This document shows positions 1-6,370 of a DNA stretch of 11,784 bases, piece by piece. Position 1 is the stretch's first letter. Every line of letters begins with the position of its first letter. Position numbers and translations under genes: made by a program. Source of the DNA: Deltaproteobacteria bacterium TL4 (GTDB lineage: Bacteria; SAR324; NAC60-12); NCBI GenBank assembly GCA_051382335.1, contig JBBCAX010000117.1:1-11784 (forward strand), written 5' to 3'. The notes beneath the pieces were generated by a model. That model saw only the letters and a program-made list of their open reading frames with translations, was not told where the DNA came from and made no database searches.

Positions 1-1
1 A

Positions 2-175
2 TGGCAAGTCCTATCACCCCATGCAACGGTTTCCCAACAAATCGAGCAGAAAGCTTATCCCCCTTTTCAAGAAATCCTGAAAGGGGAAGGCTTTTGGCTT
101 AAAATCAGCCAGGATGCGATTCCCTTAGCCTTGGAATCGCCACCAGAACAACCGGTAGTTTCTACAATACAATAG
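2..175 (+). CDS. 3' end of an unknown CDS entering from the left edge (partial, 57 codons visible)
   Basis: Frame 2 is open from the window edge (WQVLSPHATVSQQIEQKAYPPFQEILKGEGFWLKISQDAIPLALESPPEQPVVSTIQ) to TAG at 173-175, ending 19 nt before the convergent PhoH-family stop. No motif recognised. Confidence 0.5.
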   Translation, partial: WQVLSPHATVSQQIEQKAYPPFQEILKGEGFWLKISQDAIPLALESPPEQPVVSTIQ

Positions 176-194
176 GGGGATCCAAAAAGACTTC

Positions 195-1505
195 TTAAAG
201 TACATTTGCGGCAAGTTCTGCTAACGAAGAGCGTTCTCCTGAGACTAAAGTCACATGTGCCGTCAGTTTGTGCGGTTTAAAGCGATCAACCACATAGCTC
301 AATCCATTTGAGGCGGCATTCACGTAGGGGTTATCAATCTGATGAGGATCTCCGGTCAATACAATTTTGGTTCCCTCACCCGCACGCGTGATGATGGTTT
401 TAATTTCGTGGGGTGTTAAGTTTTGAGCTTCATCAACAATCATGTATTGATGCGGAATGCTTCTGCCCCGAATGTAGGTCAGCGGTTCTATAATCAATAA
501 GCCTTGGCCCAGAAGTTCCTGATAACCTTTTGTTTTAGTTTGGGCTTGATCCGCAGAGGAACCAATCAACAAGTCCAGGTTGTCATAGATCGGCTGCATC
601 CAAGGCTCAAGTTTTTCCTGGATATCTCCAGGGAGGTAGCCCAGATCCCGTCCCATGGGAAAAATAGGTCGGGAGACCAACATTTTAGTATATGCCTTTT
701 CAACTAACGTTAACTGTAACCCTGCCGCCAAGGCTAATAAGGTTTTGCCGGTGCCCGCTTTTCCAATCAAGGAAACCAACGCGATTCGGGGATCCATCAG
801 TAATTCTAACGCTAAATGTTGTTCAGGGTTTCGGGGGGTTGTGCTCCAGACACCAAATTTTTTATCAACTTTGTGAAATTGCTGTATGTGCGGATCAAAG
901 CGCCACATGAGGAAATCTTTGGGATCGTCTTGATTTACCAAAAGCAACGCCTCATGAGGAGCAAAGGAAGGATCGAGGCTCAACTTTTCTTTTTTACGGT
1001 ATGGTTGCAGTTTTTCCGCAGTCAAGCTTTGCCGCCGAATTCCTGTGTAAAGAGTACTTTCCTGTTTTTCTTCTTGATAGGGGATTACAGGAAGATCAAA
1101 AGAATTGGCCTTGACACGCAGGTTGGTATCTTGTGTAACAAGAGTTGTCGGGATCCCCTGCTTTTGCAGCTGTAGCGCAACAGCCAAGACTCTGTTTGAG
1201 GAACGATTTAGATCGAGGTCGTAAAGTTGTTCTTCCTGAGATCTTGTCGCAAAAGCGACCCTGAGTTGTCCTTTGTTGGGTAAGGTGATTCCTTGCGATA
1301 AATTTCCTTGTGTGCGGAAACGATCCAGCATGTGAGAAACGGCTCGGGCATTGTTGCCGGTCTCACTCAACACTTTTTTAAATTTATCAATTTCCTCAAT
1401 GACATGAAGAGGAAGGACAACAACAGCGTCAGGGAATGCGAGTAAGGCCTCTGGATCATAGAGAAGAACGTTGGCGTCTAAAACGTAGATTTTTGATTCG
1501 GGCAT
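195..1505 (-). CDS. PhoH-family protein with N-terminal PIN domain (PhoH2/YlaK-like)
   Basis: PIN motifs YVLDANVLLYDP, VIEEIDKFKK, LVTQDTNLRVKA. PhoH ATPase motifs: Walker A GKAGTGKT, SRP..GRDLGYLPG, YIRGRS, Walker B IVDEAQN, TRAGEGTKIVLTGDPHQID, C-terminal ERSSLAE. Confidence 0.93.
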   Translation of the reverse strand: MPESKIYVLDANVLLYDPEALLAFPDAVVVLPLHVIEEIDKFKKVLSETGNNARAVSHMLDRFRTQGNLSQGITLPNKGQLRVAFATRSQEEQLYDLDLNRSSNRVLAVALQLQKQGIPTTLVTQDTNLRVKANSFDLPVIPYQEEKQESTLYTGIRRQSLTAEKLQPYRKKEKLSLDPSFAPHEALLLVNQDDPKDFLMWRFDPHIQQFHKVDKKFGVWSTTPRNPEQHLALELLMDPRIALVSLIGKAGTGKTLLALAAGLQLTLVEKAYTKMLVSRPIFPMGRDLGYLPGDIQEKLEPWMQPIYDNLDLLIGSSADQAQTKTKGYQELLGQGLLIIEPLTYIRGRSIPHQYMIVDEAQNLTPHEIKTIITRAGEGTKIVLTGDPHQIDNPYVNAASNGLSYVVDRFKPHKLTAHVTLVSGERSSLAELAANVL

Positions 1506-1556
1506 AAAATCGGTTAATTTGTTTAGTGTCTAATTCGTATAATTTCAGAATAAGGC

Positions 1557-1584
1557 TTGATTTCAATAATTTTTTTAGTATCTT
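1557..1584 (+). promoter_or_regulatory. Possible sigma70 promoter for the clpX-like operon
   Basis: TTGATT (1557-1562), 16 bp spacer, TATCTT (1579-1584) in the AT-rich divergent intergenic region. Weak match that could arise by chance. Confidence 0.25.
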
Positions 1585-1686
1585 TTCAGAGTGAGAAGCT
1601 TTGAAGATGGCTCAATGCCTCTTCCCTCAATTTGATTAAGACACTTTCATTTTTTTTTAGATATGAAATAGGAATCTCCTGCTTGA

Positions 1687-1707
1687 TACTTACTCTACTT
1701 ACTCTAC
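1687..1707. repeat. 9-bp tandem repeat (TACTTACTC) x2.3
   Basis: Read directly: TACTTACTC TACTTACTC TAC, 30 nt upstream of the likely ATG at 1738. Confidence 0.75.
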
Positions 1708-1737
1708 GAAATTGTGTATTGCAACTCTAAAGAGACT

Positions 1738-3336
1738 ATGGCTAAACGACGAATAACTTTTGATGACATTTATAACATGAAGTTTGAGGAACTCAAGCGT
1801 CTTGTCCCTACTGAAGCCCATCCCTATTTGGAACGTTTGCGTCCCAATTTAAAAGCGATTGATGAAAAATATGCGGCGCTATACGCCCAGGCGGCAGCAA
1901 ATTCTCAGCCCGATACTTCCATAAAAGATTCCTCGTTCATCAAGGTCCAAGGGTCTTATCCCATCAAAGATCAACTTGACGCGTATGTGATCGGCCAGCA
2001 TAACGCGAAGAAAGTTCTGGCACAGGTTTCCTATTACCATATGTCGCATTTGAAACGGGAATTGGATACAGGCAGGATTAATGAAGATTACATCAAGTCC
2101 TCGATTTTAATGATTGGCCCCACAGGTTCCGGAAAAACTTTGCTGGCTAATACCTTAAGTCGTATTCTGAAGGTCCCCTTTGTAAAGGTGGATGCCACCT
2201 CTATGACCAAAACCGGATTTGTCGGTGATAGTATTCAGGATGCTGTTCGAGAGTTGTACTATACCACCGGAGGTGATTTAAAACGAGCAGAGAGTGGTGT
2301 GATTCTGGTAGATGAAATTGATAAACTCGCGGGAGGTTCTCGTGAAGATTATGTCGCCAACTCTATTGTGATAGGTCGAGGGGTACAGCAGGAGCTTTTA
2401 CGTCCTATGGAAAATTCGATGATCGATATTTTCTCACAGAACAATATTCACAGTATCCGTGAGATGCTTCAGGGAGGAGATCTTGAGAATAAAAAAATAT
2501 CGACCCGAAATATTCTCTTCATCTTGGCGGGAGCCTTTGATGGTTTGGAGGAGGTCATTTTAAAAAGAAAACGTAAAGAGCAGGGGCAGTCTATTGGCTT
2601 TGGTAGCCAAACCGTGTTAACCGCTCATGATATCAGTCTTGAAGAAACCTTACCTCAAGACTTGATCGAATATGGATTAATCCCTGAACTGGTAGGACGT
2701 ATCAGTTATATTGTGCCTTTGGAAAAGTTGGATCAACAAAAACTATACGAAGTCTTAAAGGATTCCAAAGGTTCGATTTCTCAACAGATTGAAGAAAATA
2801 TTTTTAAAACTACCGACAAGCGCGTCACGTTTACAGACGAGGCCTTGAAAACGGTTGCGAAAGAAGCGTCTAAAGTCCAAACAGGCGGGCGGGCGTTAAC
2901 GGAAATTTGTTTCCGCATCATGAACGAATTTATGTTCCACCTCCCTTCACTGGAACTGGAATCTTATGAAATCACATCTGACTTTGTTTATCATTATCTT
3001 CCCAAAACTTATGAGTTGATTGTAGCGCCTCATATCGAACAAAGTTTGAAAAAATTTCCATTCATTGCCGATAAGCTGGAATGGGATCGAAGTGCCAAGG
3101 ATTACATCATTCAGCAAATGGTTGAGCGAAAGATCAGTTCCATTCATAAATATGTGAGTGATTTTATGAGTTCATGGGCACCGATCATTGGCAGAATCAA
3201 TACGGAACAGCAACGAACGTTGGTGATTACCGGAAGTATTTTAAGCGATTATGATCAACATACGGATGCGGCCAATGAACAGCTTTATCAACTATTGAGT
3301 GAGCGCCATGAAAGCCCTCAAGAAACCCCTTTTTGA
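1738..3336 (+). CDS. clpX: ClpX-like AAA+ ATPase paralog (no zinc-binding domain, C-terminal extension)
   Basis: LDAYVIGQHNAKK, Walker A GPTGSGKTLLA, DATSMTKTGFVGD pore-1 loop, Walker B DEIDKL, GVQQELL, TRNILFILAGAFDGL, IGF loop, DLIEYGLIPELVGR, TGGRAL. ATG at 1738 (preceded by AGAGA) preferred over GTG at 1714. Confidence 0.88.
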   Translation: MAKRRITFDDIYNMKFEELKRLVPTEAHPYLERLRPNLKAIDEKYAALYAQAAANSQPDTSIKDSSFIKVQGSYPIKDQLDAYVIGQHNAKKVLAQVSYYHMSHLKRELDTGRINEDYIKSSILMIGPTGSGKTLLANTLSRILKVPFVKVDATSMTKTGFVGDSIQDAVRELYYTTGGDLKRAESGVILVDEIDKLAGGSREDYVANSIVIGRGVQQELLRPMENSMIDIFSQNNIHSIREMLQGGDLENKKISTRNILFILAGAFDGLEEVILKRKRKEQGQSIGFGSQTVLTAHDISLEETLPQDLIEYGLIPELVGRISYIVPLEKLDQQKLYEVLKDSKGSISQQIEENIFKTTDKRVTFTDEALKTVAKEASKVQTGGRALTEICFRIMNEFMFHLPSLELESYEITSDFVYHYLPKTYELIVAPHIEQSLKKFPFIADKLEWDRSAKDYIIQQMVERKISSIHKYVSDFMSSWAPIIGRINTEQQRTLVITGSILSDYDQHTDAANEQLYQLLSERHESPQETPF

Positions 3337-3348
3337 TGAAAGCGCCCC

Positions 3349-3804
3349 ATGTCATTTAAAATATTACATCCTGATGAGTTGAACGCCTCACAAAAAAACT
3401 GGTTGGCGATTGCCATCTGTGGAGCGATCCTTGCGGATGGGAACATTGCGCCGGAGGAAATGTCTTATTTGCAAGAAACCTTGTCTTTCCTTCCCTCCCA
3501 AGCTCAAGTAGAGACGTTAATTCAGGCGGTCAAAGAACAGAAGTTGCCGACTCTTGGACAATTGCCTGACGGATCAAGAACGCTCGAGGCCCAGATCTTT
3601 ATTGAATTGGTTCTGGTTTTGACTTCGGATGGTTGTTTAAGTATCCGAGAAATGGAATATTTATTCAATATTGGAGCAAAACTCGGTTTCGGGAAAGAGT
3701 ATACGCGCCTTGTGATACGCTGGGCAAGTGAGGAGATTGTTTTGCATCGCAAAATGCTCCAATTAATTCAATCCGGTAGTGAACTTGAGGCCGAATATGA
3801 GTGA
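3349..3804 (+). CDS. TerB-fold (tellurite resistance TerB-like) protein
   Basis: Two pseudo-symmetric motifs AILADGNIAPEE and VLTSDGCLSIREMEYLFNIGAKLG typical of TerB/DjlA N-terminal domains; 151 aa; starts 12 nt after the clpX-like stop. Confidence 0.8.
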   Translation: MSFKILHPDELNASQKNWLAIAICGAILADGNIAPEEMSYLQETLSFLPSQAQVETLIQAVKEQKLPTLGQLPDGSRTLEAQIFIELVLVLTSDGCLSIREMEYLFNIGAKLGFGKEYTRLVIRWASEEIVLHRKMLQLIQSGSELEAEYE

Positions 3805-4861
3805 TTCACAATTCAAAAAAATTGAATATTGGCTCAAAGTCTTAACCGTCTTTATGGGCACGCTTCTCGTTGGCTTGGGGTGTCTGGTTTTAAAGGCCTT
3901 GCAAAGCATTCTCCTTCCCTTTTGTATCGCCTTGTTTATCGTCTACCTGGTGGAGCCTTTACAAAAACTTCTCGTTCGGTTACACCTCCCTGTAGGGTTG
4001 CGTGTCAGCATGGTTTTGGTTTTTACAGGTTTGGTACTTTTTGATGTGGGACAGTTGGTTTATTCCAGCGCAAGCGCTCTGGGTGACAACATTCCCCGCT
4101 ATGAACAAAGAGTGTTGGGATTGATGGACCAAGTGATTCAATCGCTGGCGATACCGGCGGAAGAGGTCAAAAGTTTTACCAGCAATTTTAAATGGAGCGA
4201 CCATGTTAAACCAGGTACGGTGGCAACAATGTTGGGCCAAGGCTTTGGAACGTTTTTAGAGTTCATGACTAATTTGTTCATGATCTTGCTCTATATGGTC
4301 TATCTCCTTTTTGAAAGAGAATCGTTTTTTAGGCGTATTGACAAGAGTTTTTCTAAGGAGCGCTCTGAGCGGATTGTCTCGATTTTAAGCAAAATCAATC
4401 GTCAAATTGGAAATTATCTTAACATTAAAACAGGCCTTTCTGTGCTGACCGGAGCCATTGTCACGATTGTGCTGTTAATTTTTCGTGTGGATTTTGCGCT
4501 ATTTTGGGGGATATTGACCTTTTTGCTAAATTTCATTCCTTCGGTGGGTTCTATTATAGCAACAATTCCTCCCGTTCTGGTTGCGTTTTTGCAGTTTGAT
4601 ACCTTTGGAATTCCAGTTGCGGTGCTGGTAACCTTACTTGTGATACAAGGGGTTATCGGGAATGTCATTGAACCTAAAATGATGGGCACCAGCTTAGGAC
4701 TAAGTCCTTTAATTGTCATTGGATCCCTTATCTTTTGGGGATGGTTATGGGGGCCCGTAGGAATGATTCTTTCAGTCCCCATTGTTTCAGCTTGCCTGAT
4801 TATCTTTGAAAATATTGAGATCCTGAAACCTGTAAGTAAATTGCTTTCGGAGCAAAGTTGA
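3797..4861 (+). CDS. AI-2E family (TqsA/YhhT/PerM-like) permease
   Basis: Multiple hydrophobic segments and family motifs FLLNFIPSVGSIIA, IGNVIEPKMMGTSLGLSP, SLIFWGWLWGPVGMILSVP. ATG at 3797 with GAGG at 3787-3790 overlaps the upstream gene by 8 nt. Confidence 0.92.
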   Translation: MSDSQFKKIEYWLKVLTVFMGTLLVGLGCLVLKALQSILLPFCIALFIVYLVEPLQKLLVRLHLPVGLRVSMVLVFTGLVLFDVGQLVYSSASALGDNIPRYEQRVLGLMDQVIQSLAIPAEEVKSFTSNFKWSDHVKPGTVATMLGQGFGTFLEFMTNLFMILLYMVYLLFERESFFRRIDKSFSKERSERIVSILSKINRQIGNYLNIKTGLSVLTGAIVTIVLLIFRVDFALFWGILTFLLNFIPSVGSIIATIPPVLVAFLQFDTFGIPVAVLVTLLVIQGVIGNVIEPKMMGTSLGLSPLIVIGSLIFWGWLWGPVGMILSVPIVSACLIIFENIEILKPVSKLLSEQS

Positions 4862-4922
4862 TCTTCTAGATCCCTTTTGCGAGAAGTGATTCTCCATTTT
4901 CTTATCTATTTTTACCAAACAT

Positions 4923-6335
4923 TTGGAAGTGTTTAATGAAACAGCCATGTTTTCAAGGTCTTTAATGATGTTATCCCTCAAGAACAGGAATTTCATAACT
5001 TCCCCATGGGCGTCCTCTCACTGTTTGTCGTTTCCACGTTTCGTTTGGGAAGGTCTATCCGGACGATTGGGGAGGGCTTATCCTTGGCTAAGAAACTACA
5101 TCGTGTTTCTCTGTTTCCTGCTTGTGGGATGTAAACCTTCTTTACCGCAGGAAACACCAACATTAGTGTTCCACACTGCAACTTCTCAAGATACAGGTGA
5201 CGACTTAGAAAATTGGGAATTGGTCTGGGGTGGAACGGATTATGATGAGGGACACTCGGTCTATCTCTTGGATCAGGGATATCTCATCCTAAGCACTACG
5301 ACTTCAAGAGGGCAGGGCAAGAGCGACGTGTCTCTTCTAAAAATTGGTAAGTCTGGAACTCAGGAATGGGAGACCTTAATCGGGGGCATCGGATGGGAAA
5401 CAGCAGCGGGACTTCAGATCACACAAACTGGCTTTATGGTCTTTGGAACGACAAATTCGCAAGGAACAGGGAGTGACGATGCGTGGGTTGTCAACTTGAA
5501 CCCACAAGGGAAGGTTTTGTGGGAAAAAACCTATGGCGGGAAGGGAACAGACCGTGTGTTGAGCATGACACCAACCGCTGATAAGGGTTATATTTTAGCG
5601 GGAAGTACCCTTTCTCAAAATGCTAAAAAAGAAGAGGCCTGGATTGTTAGACTTGATCAGGACGGGAATCTTCTTTGGGAAAAAAGCTATGGCGGAAATG
5701 GGGAGGACATTGCCTATTCAATTATTCAGTCCCGTGATCATAACTTCGTTTTTGTCGGAACGACGGAGTCCAATAGCCAAGGTAGAAGTGATGCCTGGAT
5801 GGTGAAGTTAGACAGTCAAGGCCATCTTCTCTGGGAAAAATTCTTTGGAGGTGCCGCTCGTGAACGGGCAGAACATCTGATCGAAACTCATGATGGGCAG
5901 ATTGTTTTCACAGGATATACAGGCTCATCGGGGCAAGGTACCAACGATTTGTGGGTAGTGAAAGTAGACGCCGACGGAAACAAGTTATGGGACCCTACCT
6001 TTGGAGGTACTGAACGGGATGAAGGACATTTTATCCTCGAAACACACACTCAGGAACTTCTGGTCTTAGGACACACCTATTCCAAAGGAAATGGAAAGAA
6101 TGATGTTTGGGTGATTAAGTTGGATGCCCTTGGGAATATGATTTGGGAAACGACCTTAGGCGGAGATTCATGGGACAATGCCTTCCAAATGCAAGAGACT
6201 CCTGATGGAAGAATTGTTGTTGCTGGAGTCACCTCATCAAAAAGCGAGGGTAAAAGTGGGGTCTGGGTCTTTCAACTCAATGCCAAAGGACAATTCCTGC
6301 TTTCAGAAGACAGCCTGCGAAAAAAACCGTTATAA
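4923..6335 (+). CDS. Putative lipoprotein with seven ~52-aa repeats (probable 7-bladed beta-propeller); start uncertain
   Basis: Lipobox-like FLLVG-C (Cys codon 5130-5132) followed by seven repeats of consensus WEKxxGGxxxDxxxxxxxTxDGxxxxxGxTxSxxxGxxDxWVVKLDxxGxxx. The true start may be 4947, 4965 or near 5084 (see findings). Confidence 0.8.
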   Translation: MEVFNETAMFSRSLMMLSLKNRNFITSPWASSHCLSFPRFVWEGLSGRLGRAYPWLRNYIVFLCFLLVGCKPSLPQETPTLVFHTATSQDTGDDLENWELVWGGTDYDEGHSVYLLDQGYLILSTTTSRGQGKSDVSLLKIGKSGTQEWETLIGGIGWETAAGLQITQTGFMVFGTTNSQGTGSDDAWVVNLNPQGKVLWEKTYGGKGTDRVLSMTPTADKGYILAGSTLSQNAKKEEAWIVRLDQDGNLLWEKSYGGNGEDIAYSIIQSRDHNFVFVGTTESNSQGRSDAWMVKLDSQGHLLWEKFFGGAARERAEHLIETHDGQIVFTGYTGSSGQGTNDLWVVKVDADGNKLWDPTFGGTERDEGHFILETHTQELLVLGHTYSKGNGKNDVWVIKLDALGNMIWETTLGGDSWDNAFQMQETPDGRIVVAGVTSSKSEGKSGVWVFQLNAKGQFLLSEDSLRKKPL

Positions 6336-6370
6336 GTGTCTATTTCAATAATCTTTTATGGAGTACATCA

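Noticed and set aside
504..1175. Four short plus-strand ORFs (504-707, 655-876, 692-910, 816-1175)
   Set aside because: All are antisense shadows inside the well-supported PIN-PhoH gene, with no recognisable motifs.
195..3804. PIN nuclease + AAA ATPase + TerB as an anti-phage defence system
   Set aside because: PIN-PhoH is a widespread housekeeping-type fusion and is divergently transcribed, the ATPase is clearly ClpX-family, and no other defence-island genes are present.
4881..4900. GAGAA-GTGA-TTCTC hairpin as a terminator after the AI-2E gene
   Set aside because: The 5-bp stem is too weak and the U-tract is interrupted.
2947..5181. Short ORFs at 2947, 3522, 3829, 3980, 4414, 4787 and 4993
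   Set aside because: They overlap stronger genes antisense or out of frame and show no protein features.
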